DNA of 63,911 bases, filler included, from Octopus bimaculoides (GCF_001194135.2; 6 parts of 6 records of this genome joined end to end with filler, not necessarily neighbours in it); one strand, 5' to 3'; shown: positions 27,368-40,532, counted from the whole stretch's first letter. Numbers and translations: made by a program. The notes: generated from the letters alone by a model not told the origin.

Positions 27368-27918
27368 TAGTATGTATCTATATAAAAAAGATTTAAAAAA
27401 CAAATTGGAAGTACATGGAAATGAGAAAAAAACTTAAGACAATATCGAAATTGAAAGTCTAAGTACAAGCTCTTACACACCACCACCACAACTGCTGTTT
27501 TACCTATCTTCTTTCTCCTGGCACTAATCGCCAATATCTCTCTTTCTCTCTCTCTCTCTTGTATAATGACTATTGACAGCTAACTCTTCCCTACCTCTTT
27601 TCAGCAACACCTTTACTGCCACCGCCACTACCGATTTGTCTATCTCTCACGTACAATGTGTGTATGGCGGTGGCCATTCTCAGCCTATCTCGAACGACTG
27701 ATGAAGACTTGGAATCAAATCGGTTTATTCCATGAAGCGTAAAAACAGACTATTGGTAGACAAATTACCAATAAACGGACACCATGCTTCAATAGCGCAT
27801 ATCGTTGATACAGCTTTACTTCGCCTCCTGTAACCCTATCTCCCAACATCACCTTCACCCATCTCTTTCTTTACCCCCGCCCTCCTTAACATAAACACTA
27901 TTTGAGTGTTTATGCATG

Positions 27919-27952
<34 letters not shown>

Positions 27953-28563
27953 TACNNNNNNNNNNNNNNNNNNNNNNNNNNNNNNNNNNNNNNNNNNNNN
28001 NNNNNNNNNNNNNNNNNNNNNNNNNNNNNNNNNNNNNNNNNNNNNNNNNNNNNNNGAAATACCGCTAAGCATTTTGTCCAGCGTGCTAACGATTCTGCCA
28101 GCTCGACGCCTTGATATTGACAACAATGAAGTTAGTGATGATGATGATGATGTTCATCATCATCATCATCATGGTGCAGGAACATTGTTAATGACAGCAG
28201 GTAAAACATGGTCCTGATGGCAATTCCGAGGAATTGTTTGATCTTCGTGTGGAGAACAATTGGGCCATAATGGTTGATGTAGAGGCTGCATGGATTACAG
28301 TTTTGGCATAGCATTTTAGGTGCCACCTTTTCAGGTGTTGTTAACTTATAAGGGATCATAGCCCCCAAATATAGAAATATAAGGTAATAATACAACTTTG
28401 TATTGTTTTGTTTTCCTTTTTTAGTTTATTTTATATCTTCCCATGTTGCTCTGGCCTTACACAACAAATCTCTTTGAAATAACATCACATGATGCTTCAC
28501 CAAAACTACCCCAATTCGAAATATATATATATGTGTACATGCAGAGAGAGAAAAGGTACTTAC

Positions 28564-28638
28564 CATAAACTAGTACAGTCTGAACACATAGTATCCACCA
28601 AGACATGGTTAGTAGTGAAAATTTCCCTTTAGCCATTC
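28564..28638 (-). CDS. First coding exon of a secreted or membrane protein: MAKGKFSLLTMSWWILCVQTVLVY(G), signal-peptide-like, followed by a phase-1 intron
   Basis: Minus strand reads ttttctatattcttccAG|GA-ATG...TATG|GTAAGT: strong acceptor, consensus donor, ATG at 28636, basic n-region and hydrophobic h-region. Confidence 0.65.
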
Positions 28639-30195
28639 CTGGAAGAATATAGAAAATCACATTAGTAAAAAAAAAAACAAAACAAAATATATTAAATGAA
28701 AGAAAAAAAGACAATAAAAATAAAATGAAGTGAATACATCAAAGTAAGAAGTAAAGTGTAACTTATATACTGGTGCCTACCAATCTACTAATCATCTCTT
28801 TACACACACACAAACACACACACAAGATGAACTTTGCCAGTCAGCATTTTGGGGTTGATAATATAAAGATGTTGAGTTCTAGGGTTTAGTGTAGAGACTA
28901 AACCCATTCCTTCAGAATTGCTGGCCTTGTGTCTAAATCAGAAACCCTCCTCCTCCTCCTTNNNNNNNNNNNNNNNNNNNNNNNNNNNNNNNNNNNNNNN
29001 NNNNNNNNNNNNNNNNNNNNNNNNNNNNNNNNNNNNNNNNNNNNNNNNNNNNNNNNNNNNNNNNNNNNNNNNNNNNNNNNNNNNNNNNNNNNNNNNNNNN
29101 NNNNNNNNNNNNNNNNNNNNNNNNNNNNNNNNNNNNNNNNNNNNNNNNNNNNNNNNNNNNNNNNNNNNNNNNNNNNNNNNNNNNNNNNNNNNNNNNNNNN
29201 NNNNNNNNNNNNNNNNNNNNNNNNNNNNNNNNNNNNNNNNNNNNNNNNNNNNNNNNNNNNNNNNNNNNNNNNNNNNNNNNNNNNNNNNNNNNNNNNNNNN
29301 NNNNNNNNNNNNNNNNNNNNNNNNNNNNNNNNNNNNNNNNNNNNNNNNNNNNNNNNNNNNNNNNNNNNNNNNNNNNNNNNNNNNNNNNNNNNNNNNNNNN
29401 NNNNNNNNNNNNNNNNNNNNNNNNNNNNNNNNNNNNNNNNNNNNNNNNNNNNNNNNNNNNNNNNNNNNNNNNNNNNNNNNNNNNNNNNNNNNNNNNNNNN
29501 NNNNNNNNNNNNNNGTTATTTATATTTGTATATATTCATGTAACGTGTGTGTTCGAGTGTGGTGTGTTTTTCTTAGGCATAGAAATTATTTCTGTTATTT
29601 TTACCAACATTTCAAAACATGACCATACAACCCCATCCTCCCCCACACACACAAACTCCACACACACAAACTCCACACACACACACAGATTTCTTAAACC
29701 ATATTCGTTTTATATAACATTGCACACAAATTGACTTTATTCATATGCACACATAAAATACATTAACAAATACACTGCTATAAAATATATATATACACAT
29801 ACATATATATATACATACATATATATGTGGATATATATATGTCTGCATATACACAAACACAGCAGATATACAATCATATTATACCCTGTCTCTCCCTTTT
29901 GTCTCTCTTACTGTCTTTCTTTATATATATATACATATACAAAAATACACAGCATAAACATATATATACATATATAAACACAGACATACATACAGCTGCA
30001 ACGTTTAGATTGGCTTTAAAACCTTACACACATGCGTACGTACCGAGGATGAACTGGTAAACTAAGAAGATACAATAAAAGCTTGTTTATGATGCTCTTA
30101 AATTAAGTTTTGAAAAAAGAAATATTTGGAATTAGTATATGATATTATAAATACAAACAAACAAACAAATATAACATATATATATATATATGCCT

Positions 30196-30231
<36 letters not shown>

Positions 30232-30260
30232 GTATGCATACACACACATATGTATGTATG

Positions 30261-30343
<83 letters not shown>

Positions 30344-31107
30344 ATATATATGCATGTATATAGATATATATATATTTCGTGTGTATGCGTGTACACCATC
30401 TTTTTAGAAATTTTTTTTTAACCTTTAAAGTTAAGATTTACTTTATTATCAAAAATTATAAATTGCTAGAAGGGGCAAAGTACCAACAGAAAAGTAGGGG
30501 GGAACCCCCTTCCCCCCAATTATATGCCAGATGCATGTAAATGTATGCATACATGTGTGTGTGTCTGTGTGTAGGTTTGAGCACGATGTTAAGAATTTTA
30601 GCTTTGCTATCCAATGGTTTTTCGTTGGATTCCACAACATGGCACCTTAGGCAAGTATCTTCATTCACAGCTCTGGGTTCACCAATATGTCTTGTGATTT
30701 AAACAAAAATAAATAAAATAAAGTAAATTTTATTTTCCAACAGAATGTGGTGGTCCTATAAAGAACGTTATTACTGTTGTTTAAGCCTCAGGAATACATC
30801 TTTTCCAGCTGGCTATCAATACACAGTTTGTGTCCGGATAGGGTTTACAAGGGAGGTCATTGCTCCCATCTCCAGCCTTACGTGATACTCACTGACCATG
30901 GTTTCTGGGTGGTTACTCCATCCTCAGTAGGAGATTAATCACTGGCTGTTGATGAAAGCTTCTTCCACTTGCAAACATTATATATTCTTTAAGCCACATA
31001 AAAATATACATCGGTGTATCTTTTCTGGTGACAAAGACAAATATATGAATTGAGAAACTCAGAGTAGCAAGAAGAGTAAATACAACATATACACCTGTAT
31101 GTATGCC

Positions 31108-31740
31108 AGCAGATTTGAGGGGAGGGGTAAGTCAATTACACTGACCCCAATGTTCAGCTGGTACTAATTTTATCGACCCTGAATGGATGAAAGGCAAAAC
31201 CGACCTTGGTGAAATTTGAACCCAGAACTACCAGCTCATTGCCTTATATGGTGTGAATGAGGCTTTCAGATTTTGGTACAAGGCTTATGCTTTCAGGGAG
31301 TAAGGGTAAGTCAATTACGTCGACCCCCAGTATTCAACTGGTACTAATTTTATCGACCCCCAAAAGGATGAAAAGCAAAACCGACCTTGGAATTTGAACC
31401 CAGAACTACCAGCTCATTGCCTTACAAGGTGTGAATGAGGGTAAGTTGATTACATCGATCCGAGTGTTCAACTGGTACTTATTTTATGAACCCCAAAAGG
31501 ATGAAAGGTAAAATCAACCTTGGTGGAATTTGAACTCAGAACTGCTAGGTCATTGGCTTACACGGTGTGAATGACGCTTTCAGACTTTGGTACAAGGCTT
31601 ATGATATCAGGGGTAAACATAAGTTGATTACATCAAACCCCAGCGTTCAATCGGTACGCATTTTATGAACCCCGAAAGGATGAAAGGCAAAACTGAAGCT
31701 AAGGGAATTTGAACTCAATGTAAAGACAAGACGGGATGCT
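31108..31740 (-). repeat. Tandem array of four SINE-C-derived units
   Basis: Repeating taagt..attac..cgacccc...ggatgaaag...gaatttgaac units; array runs into a gap. Confidence 0.85.
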
Positions 31741-32359
31741 ANNNNNNNNNNNNNNNNNNNNNNNNNNNNNNNNNNNNNNNNNNNNTTAATTAATTAANNN
31801 NNNNNNNNNNNNNNNNNNNNNNNNNNNNNNNNNNNNNNNNNGGGCTCCCTTAGAGTGTAAGAAGTTAAGGGCCAAAGAATGTGAGTGGGAAGAGAGGAGA
31901 GAGACAGACAAACAGACAGACAAATAGACGTGTAGAAAATTGAGAGAGAGAGAAAAAAAGCCCAAAACAAAAATTAAAATTAAAGAAAGAAAAAAGAAAG
32001 AAGGAAGAAAAAATTACTTTGTTTCTACTTCTTGGATATTTATTTGATCTCCTTCTCAATGATTTCCACATTCGTCCGGTTAGGTTTCCTATCATTTCAT
32101 ATTTTGCCAAATTTTGTAACTGTTTTTTTTGGGGTCAAAATATAAGTAAAGCACCCCCGCCTCACACACACACACACACACACACATTGATAGATATAAA
32201 CACACGTGCACAAATACACATAAATGGCAAACGAACGTTGACCATCACGTCCACACAATTACGCATTCACTCAGAGGGTTACAAAGACGCACACACATTA
32301 AAATGCTTAGCTGTAAAATAAGCAACATTTCTGACAAATGACGTTTTAATATTGGTTTC

Positions 32360-32572
32360 AAATTTTGGCACAAGGCCAGCGATTTTGGGGGAGGTGGTAA
32401 GTCAACTAGATCGACCCTCCCAGTATTCAACTGGTACTTATTTTATCTACTCTGAAAGAAGAATGAAAAGCAAAGTGGACCTCAACGGAATTTGAACTCG
32501 GAACTTAGAGACACACGAAATGCCGCTAAGCATTTTGCCCGACGTGTTAACGAATCTGTAAGCTCACCGCCT
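32360..32572 (-). mobile_element. SINE family C
   Basis: Full-length reverse-complement match. Confidence 0.85.
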
Positions 32573-32873
32573 TCCAAACGACGTTTTAATATTAATCGCA
32601 CGTTCGAAGATGTAGAGTTGCTACAATGGAAGTGGTCAAATAATTGAATGAAACTGGGAGAAAATTTCAACAATATTTCTATGCTATGAATAAGACTCTA
32701 CTTCGCGTTACGAATACATTCACTAATTGATCCCAACACATGGAGTACCAAAAGGGAATACGTGTTAATATGATGAAATGCTTAGTCACACACACACACA
32801 CCACACACACACACACACATACACACACAGAGGCATGTATGTTTTTAAATTGGTTGGCAACTTTCAAACTTAC

Positions 32874-33110
32874 CTCTGCGCTGTTGTCAGCTTCAGGATT
32901 TTAATTATTTATTTATTGAAAGCCATTTTATTAACAACATATTTTTACGGAAAGAAAAGAAAGACAAAAACAAAATATATTGAAAGAATAAAAGATCAAA
33001 TTATTGAGAAGAAAAATCAGAAATTTCCTCACAAAAGAAACAAAGAAAAAGACAAAAAGAAAAGGGGTGGGCGGAAATTAAGCATCAGAAGATGTGGGAG
33101 GGGAGTAACG
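32874..33110 (-). other. Probable non-coding first (5'UTR) exon of the gene whose coding exon is at 28564-28638
   Basis: Consensus donor CAGAG|GTAAGT at 32874/32873, pyrimidine-rich leader, AT-rich TATA-like tract near 33131-33140. The 5' boundary is approximate. Confidence 0.45.
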
Positions 33111-33130
33111 AGTTGTACTCCCTAATAAAT

Positions 33131-33178
33131 ATTTATTTATGGAGAGATTTTTATTTTGCGAAGTGACATCATTTGCAT
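33131..33178 (-). promoter_or_regulatory. Candidate proximal promoter: TATA-like tract, CRE-like TGACATCA and octamer ATTTGCAT
   Basis: TGACATCA at 33164-33171 overlaps ATTTGCAT at 33171-33178 by one base, just upstream of the putative first exon. Confidence 0.35.
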
Positions 33179-33404
33179 TAAACATTTAAAAAATATTCCT
33201 GATTAAAATTCCATATTTAGTTATAATCAAAATTTGAGGATAAGCAATAGAATTATAATGTGTTTGATAATTAAAAATAAATGGTCAAGGTGGTGCCCCA
33301 GCATGGCCACAGTCTAATGACCGGAGCAAGTAAAAGATGAAAGATATATTTCTTTATTGCCCACAAGCGGTTAAACATAGAGGGGACAACAAAGATATAC
33401 AGTT

Positions 33405-33572
33405 TAAGTCGATTACATCGACCCCAGTGCATAACTGGTAATTTAACCGACTCCGAAAAGATGAAAGACAAAGTCGACCTCGGTGGAATTTGAAATCAGA
33501 ACGTAACGGCACACAAAACAGCGCGAAGCATTTCGTCCGGCGTGCCAACGGTTCTACTAGTTCGCCGCCCTC
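33405..33572 (-). mobile_element. SINE family C, preceded by a family A-like tail at about 33285-33345
   Basis: Reverse-complement match. Confidence 0.8.
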
Positions 33573-33753
33573 CAGATAAAAAGATATATTGAATGTTAAT
33601 TTTAAATCGTATCTGATTTTTTTGAAGACCATTTTATAATGGAAGAAAAGTTACCTCCCTTGAAATTATTGTTTTACATTCAGTTGAACTGTTCAAAGTG
33701 TATTTCAGTATTTCTTCATTGTACGCACTTAATTACAGAGAAATAGTCCTTTA

Positions 33754-33761
33754 TGACGTCA
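33754..33761. promoter_or_regulatory. Palindromic CRE (TGACGTCA)
   Basis: Exact 8-mer about 650 bp upstream of the putative minus-strand TSS. Function is inferred. Confidence 0.3.
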
Positions 33762-34375
33762 AAGGCAAATGGGATTTACTTTGAATTATTCAGTTATTTC
33801 CCTTGAAATACTTCTATAATAATGTAACTGTCAAATCAACTTCATCAAAAGACCTTTTTTTGTGAAATCTATTTCCTATTTTCAGTGTTTCAACTAACAC
33901 CAATATTGAAATTATATATTCACCATGTCTTATCTGCTAACAAATACAGCTGAACATTGTGATATTTCATGCAACGAGAATACACATACTTTCACACACA
34001 CATGCATGCATACATCGAGAAAACACACACACACATACATGCATACTCACACATAAACATGNNNNNNNNNNNNNNNNNNNNNNNNNNNNNNNNNNNNNNN
34101 NNNNNNNNNNNNNNNNNNNNNNNNNNNNNNNNNNNNNNNNNNNNNNNNNNNNNNNNNNNNNNNNNNNNNNNNNNNNNNNNNNNNNNNNNNNNNNNNNNNN
34201 NNNNNNNNNNNNNNNNNNNNNNNNNNNNNNNNNNNNNNNNNNNNNNNNNNNNNNNNNNNNNNNNNNNNNNNNNNNNNNNNNNNNNNNNNNNNNNNNNNNN
34301 NNNNNNNNNNNNNNNNNNNNNNNNNNNNNNNNNNNNNNNNNNNNNNNNNNNNNNNNNNNNNNNNNNNNNNNNNNN

Positions 34376-34432
<57 letters not shown>

Positions 34433-34794
34433 TATATTTTCAAAATAAAACAGTAGTGAGCAGCGTTGCACATTTTTTAAAAGTCCAGACCTTCGGGAAA
34501 ATTTGATGTAATTATTCATTATACATAGGTATTTCTTTCATATGTGAACTTAGCAATCACAACGATAAAATCTAATATATATATAAAATAAAAATTAAGG
34601 AAAATGATTACTATAAAATTGAAATCATCTTTTTTTTAATACTTCATGGAAAATTATTCACAAACTCCAATTCGGAAATACCTCAGGATGTTTTACACAT
34701 GAAACGGAGTTAGTTCCCTTTAAAGTTCGATTGACATTCTTTCTCAATATACTCTCTTGTAACAATTTCTTACAGTCACAATTTATTTTAATCT

Positions 34795-34975
34795 GATATT
34801 TTGTTTCTGCATGCTGTTATATGTTTTTTTGTTTTGTTATATAATATGGATGTATATTACTTTGTTTAGTGTGTCCACTTCTATTTTGTTTCTACATGCT
34901 GTTATAAGTTTTTTTTCTTTTGTTATATAATATGGATGTATATTATTTTGTTTAGTGTGTCCACTTTTATTTTGG
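34795..34975. repeat. Two-unit tandem repeat, period about 87 bp
   Basis: gttatataatatggatgtatatta.tttgtttagtgtgtccactt occurs twice. Confidence 0.85.
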
Positions 34976-35299
34976 GGTTTGTATGCTACTATACGAATTA
35001 CTTTTTAGTCTCTTACTACAAGCCTTATTCATGTGCTCGAGGCATCAGAAGGTGTGTCTAGGAGTGGTTGATAAGTATAATAAGGAGAGACATAGAAGAT
35101 CAGTGCCAGTTTGCTGCTGGTTCTTGCCTTTCGTAGTTATCACAAATGTTCGGTATGCCTAATCTTGGTTTGATCCAGTTTCTCATCTCACTTTTGTTGC
35201 TGAAGCTACACAAGATACACCATCCCGTTCCATGAACACAATGTTGCAGAGTTATATAACGTAATCAGACTCTACAGTGACTGGTATTAGTCTGCGTCA

Positions 35300-35940
35300 C
35301 AAAAATTGTTATTTAGTAAAATCGATGAAAAATGGACTGAAAATCCAACGTTTCGGACAGAATCTTTCTTGAGAGAATAGGTGAAAGAAGAGAAGTTAAT
35401 GAGACACAGCAGAGTTTAAATATCGTCCAAGTTTTTTAAAAAAAAGTAACGTAACTGATAAAGAACGCAGGGCATCGCGAGCTTCATACTTGGATTGGAA
35501 GTGGTGGGAGAGAGAAACAGTGCAAGAAAGAAAGACGGAAAAAGGAAATGGTAGAAGAGAAGCGAGGTGAAAGGGAAAGAGTAAGTTAGAGAGGAGTTGA
35601 ACGATAAGAAAATGTTTAATGATTTAAGAAGTGCTGTAGAAATAGAAGAAAAACCATTGGTGCCAACTTCGAATATGAAATGCTGGTCTGTCCGCTTCTG
35701 TGTGAGTGTTATTCAATGGTGTGTGGCTTCGATGTATGCTAACACATGAGCAATGGAATGGCCTGTAACGTTGAAGGCGGTAACAGGTTGACCTATCATA
35801 CATACTAGCACACTTGGAATGCGCTCCTGAAAGCAATCGACAAGGCGTCGACCTGTTTCCCCAGTTATATAGGGCGCCACAAAGTTTGCATATGACACAA
35901 TATATAATATTAGACAATGTATCAATTACGTAGTGACCTC
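35300..35940 (-). mobile_element. Penelope-like element 3' fragment (GIY-YIG endonuclease plus decayed terminal region)
   Basis: IYCVICKLCGALY(I)GETGRRLVDCFQE...PV..FN.TGHS. Downstream ccgaaacgttgg is typical of PLE termini. Confidence 0.75.
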
Positions 35941-36147
35941 CCCACAAATTAACACTTTAATTTATAAATTATTCGTGTCTTAGTATTGCATTATGTTGAA
36001 AAAGAACGGTAATTAAATAGTCAGTTGGATAGTTAAGTTTATCGTATTAAGCGTGATTTCATTTGGTTTTCACTCCTTATGTTGAGGTAGAGAAATATTT
36101 CTTCATAACATACATACTGTTTGATATCACGTGTTAATATTTATAAT

Positions 36148-36590
36148 GCGGCGAGCTGGCAGAACCATTAGCACGCCTGGCAAAATGCTTATCGGCATTT
36201 CGTCCATCGTTATGTTCCGAGTTCAAATTTCGCCGAGGTTGATGTCTTTGCCTTCATCCTTTTGGGGCCGATAAAGTAAGTACCAGTTGAGCACCGGGAT
36301 CGATGTCGACTTAACCCCTTCCCCGAAATCGTCAGTTATGTGCCAAAATTTGAAACCGATATTCATAACTCAGAAAAAGACGGTGAGCTGGCAGAGTCGT
36401 TAGCGTTCTCTGCCAAATGCGAAGTAGCTTTTCGTCCATCTTTGTTCTGAGTTCAAAATCCACCAATGTCGACTTTACCTTTCATTCTTCCGAAGTCGTC
36501 AAATAAAGTACGAGTTGAACACTGGGGTGAATGTAATCGACTTCCTCCTCTCCAGAAATTGCTGACCCCTGAACCACAATTTGAAACTCA
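36148..36590 (+). mobile_element. Two head-to-tail SINE family C copies
   Basis: gcggcgagctggcagaa...aaaatttgaaac occurs twice. Confidence 0.85.
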
Positions 36591-37018
36591 GAAGCTAATG
36601 CTTCAAATTTCTTAAGTTTTATATTTTAAAATTTTCTTTCATGAACTCTTCCTTTGCAACATTACAACCTCTTCAATGATCCCTTCATGTTTATTCGTCG
36701 GTTGTAAGAGTTTTAGAAAGTTGTCTGTTAATCGTTATACTGCATGTGCGTATAGCTGTGTATGCATGTTTACGTGCGTGTATATTCGTGTCTGTATTTG
36801 TGTGTTCATATCTGTGTGTGCGTGGTTTGATTATACTGTTACATAAACAATATAACTACAGACACACAGACACACATACAATGCAAGAAAGAGAGAGAGG
36901 GGGAGAAGAGAGGGAGAGAGAGAGAGAAAGAAAAAGGGGGAAGAAGCGAGGGAGAGAATGAAAGTACGATAGCAAGACAATGAGAAAGAGTGAGGGAGGG
37001 AGAGAGAGGGAAAAGAAA

Positions 37019-37070
<52 letters not shown>

Positions 37071-37579
37071 AAAATTTAAGGGAAGAAAAACCTGTGAAAT
37101 AAGGAAAGATTTAGAAAGTTTTGCTTAATTTCTTCTTTGAGAAAATTTCTTTAACGTTCGGTTCCCTTCTAATACTAAACTGTTGCAGTGATTCATTTGA
37201 TCTCCTTTTCATTGATCTTCATATCTGTCCGTTTAGGTTTATCATTTCTTACTTTTGTGGTGTGTTAATATCGATAGGAAAAGTTTCTTATGGTTTCACT
37301 CACCTCTATTTTAATAAAAGAGTTTAACTCATGTATCTGTTTATTTCTCATTTCGAAAACTTTCTAAAATTTCGAATCTATTTGCTGAAATGAAAAGCAG
37401 AAACACACACGCGCGCGCGCGCGCGCGCACGCACGCACACATACACACTTCCATATATGTATCAATATATATATACACGCATGCATACAAATTTACAAGC
37501 ATATATACAAACAATATATACATACACACATACATACATAAATACACACACATATACATACATACATACATACATACAG

Positions 37580-37800
37580 TTGCATGCATCTAGACATGAA
37601 AATATATACATAAAAACGCATCTATAAAACAAACATACAAATCTGCGCATACACTAACACCAAATACTGCACACACACACTTATGCACAAATACCTAGAT
37701 GATGTTGATAAAAGTTCCAATGAAGGAGCCTTGAATCTATGTTAGAGTCCGGCTCTTTCTCTATGGACAAGAAATACAGAAATGAAACTGATTGATAACA
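37580..37800 (+). mobile_element. 3'UTR fragment of the same R4/Dong-like family
   Basis: Shares ttccaatgaaggag.cttg.atcta.g.taga...ctctttctctat.gacaagaaata with 49870-49945. Flanked by (ATAC)n. Confidence 0.6.
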
Positions 37801-37823
37801 TACATAAATACATAAATACTTAC

Positions 37824-37854
<31 letters not shown>

Positions 37855-37991
37855 CATACATAAATACATACATACATACATACATACAGGANNNNNNNNN
37901 NNNNNNNNNNNNNNNNNNNNNNNNNNNNNNNNNNNTTAATTAATTAANNNNNNNNNNNNNNNNNNNNNNNNNNNNNNNNNNNNNNNNNNNN

Positions 37992-38024
<33 letters not shown>

Positions 38025-38263
38025 GTCAGATTCAAGGATCAAGGTGTAGGAAGTTAGTAAGTTTCAAGCAGTCCACAGAAGGTATAAAAACATAACTTTC
38101 AGGACCGATTGTAGTTTATTGGCATAGAAGGATGTAAATTTTTCCCATATCGAAGTTCAATAAAGTTATTTCATAGTTCGTGGTTAGCAGCTGGGTTTGC
38201 CATGTATGTAAATAATTGGATTTTACCTGCTCCATTCCTTCAGTTTGGATTTATATAAACATA

Positions 38264-38440
38264 GGCGCAGGAGTGGCTGTGTGGTAAGTAGCTTGCTTAC
38301 CAACCACATGGTTCCAAGTTCAGTCCCACTGCGTGGCACCTTGGGCAAGTGTCTTCTACTATAGCCTCGGGCCGACTAAAGCCTTGTGAGTGGATTTGGT
38401 AGACGGAAACTGAAAGAAGCCTGTCGTATATATGTATATG

Positions 38441-38473
<33 letters not shown>
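38264..38473 (+). mobile_element. SINE family A, 5' half (runs into a gap)
   Basis: Near-identical to 17236-17400. Confidence 0.9.
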
Positions 38474-39414
38474 NNNNNNNNNNNNNNNNNNNNNNNNNNN
38501 NNNNNNNNNNNNNNNNNNNNNNNNNNNNNNNNNNNNNNNNNNNNNNNNNNNNNNNNNNNNNNNNNNNNNNNNNNNNNNNNNNNNNNNNNNNNNNNNNNNN
38601 NNNNNNNNNNNNNNNNNNNNNNNNNNNNNNNNNNNNNNNNNNNNNNNNNNNNNNNNNNNNNNNNNNNNNNNNNNNNNNNNNNNNNNNNNNNNNNNNNNNN
38701 NNNNNNNNNNNNNNNNNNNNNNNNNNNNNNNNNNNNNNNNNNNNNNNNNNNNNNNNNNNNNNNNNNNNNNNNNNNNNNNNNNNNNNNNNNNNNNNNNNNN
38801 NNNNNNNNNNNNNNNNNNNNNNNNNNNNNNNNNNNNNNNNNNNNNNNNNNNNNNNNNNNNNNNNNNNNNNNNNNNNNNNNNNNNNNNNNNNNNNNNNNNN
38901 NNNNNNNNNNNNNNNNNNNNNNNNNNNNNNNNNNNNNNNNNNNNNNNNNNNNNNNNNNNNNNNNNNNNNNNNNNNNNNNNNNNNNNNNNNNNNNNNNNNN
39001 NNNNNNNNNNNNNNNNNNNNNNNNNNNNNNNNNNNNNNNNNNNNNNNNNNNNNNNNNNNNNNNNNNNNNNNNNNNNNNNNNNNNNNNNNNNNNNNNNNNN
39101 NNNNNNNNNNNNNNNNNNNNNNNNNNNNNNNNNNNNNNNNNNNNNNNNNNNNNNNNNNNNNNNNNNNNNNNNNNNNNNNNNNNNNNNNNNNNNNNNNNNN
39201 NNNNNNNNNNNNNNNNNNNNNNNNNNNNNNNNNNNNNNNNNNNNNNNNNNNNNNNNNNNNNNNNNNNNNNNNNNNNNNNNNNNNNNNNNNNNNNNNNNNN
39301 NNNNNNNNNNNNNNNNNNNNNNNNNNNNNNNNNNNNNNNNNNNNNNNNNNNNNNNNNNNNNNNNNNNNNNNNNNNNNNNNNNNNNNNNNNNNNNNNNNNN
39401 NNNNNNNNNNNNNN

Positions 39415-39454
<40 letters not shown>

Positions 39455-39478
39455 CTTATATATACACGCACACATTCA

Positions 39479-40220
39479 CACAGAGGGTGCGATGAGTAAA
39501 TTGTTGCCATTTTATATTTTGAATTTTGCACATGCACATTGTTTTTGATTTTGTTGATTACACAGTATAGTAGGGTCAGTTCAGCACCATCTGTGAGAAA
39601 AACAGCACCATGACACAAATCACTCACCTAGGAATTTGGAAACAACATGCTGAACTGCTTGGCATTCATGCAGGAAGCTCCAGTATGAACATTTCAGAGT
39701 GTTTGGGTGTCAGTCTGAGGACATGCATCGAGAGTGATAAAAATCAAACATTATGGTGTTTGGAGTAGTTACTAGTGATGGCGATGTTATGCCTCCATTC
39801 ATCTTCCCACACGGCCTCAGACTCAACGCGGAGGCTTACATCAAGTACCTGGAGGTGGTAGTGCTGCCCTGGGTCAAGAGGGTGGCTGCTGGAAGACCCT
39901 ATGTCTGGCTACAGGACTCTGCACCATGCCACACAAGCAGGAGAACCCAGTCATGGCTGTCAGACAATTTCTACGACCACATCACCCCTAACATCTAGCC
40001 ACCTAGCTCCCCAGACTGCAACCCCCAATGATTATAATGTGTGGGGCACAGTTGAGCGATAGAGACCAACAAAAATCCTTGCAACACCAAAGATGAACTG
40101 AAGGCAAGGATTATGGCACCATTCACCGACCTAAACAAGGAGACCATCCAGATGAGTTGCAAGAGATTCTGAAGTCATCTGGAGGCTGTAGTTGAAGCCA
40201 ATGGCGATTTTATTGAATAA
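39479..40220 (+). mobile_element. Internally deleted Tc1/mariner-superfamily element, probably maT (DD37D)
   Basis: TIR-like start cagagggtgcgatgagtaaattg, an HTH-like N-terminus joined directly to MVFGVVTSDG...QDSAPCH...PPSSPDCNP(N)DYNVWG. About 37 residues between the last two Asp after correcting one stop and one frameshift. Confidence 0.8.
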
Positions 40221-40320
40221 NNNNNNNNNNNNNNNNNNNNNNNNNNNNNNNNNNNNNNNNNNNNNNNNNNNNNNNNNNNNNNNNNNNNNNNNNNNNNNNN
40301 NNNNNNNNNNNNNNNNNNNN

Positions 40321-40532
40321 CACCCCGCCATCACTTGACAACCAGTGTTGGTTTGTTTACATCTCTGTAACATTAGCAGTTCAGCAAAAAGGACCAACAA
40401 AATAAGTTCTAGACTTGAACCAAGTAAAGTCCTCGGATAGATTTCTTTGATTTAAAAAAAAAAAATAAGAGAGAAAATATACTTCATGGTGGTGCCCCAG
40501 CATGGCCGCAGACAAATGACTGAAACAGGTAT
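40321..40532 (+). mobile_element. SINE family A, 3' half
   Basis: Matches 17530-17700. Confidence 0.8.

Noticed and set aside
26737-27560. ~305-bp direct duplication
   Set aside because: Essentially identical copies on either side of a gap indicate unmerged contig overlap. The same applies at 48164-48375 and 52216-52439.
28200-28320. Weak resemblance (MVDVEAAWITVL) to the gag-like ORF1 units
   Set aside because: Too short and degenerate to support without an alignment.
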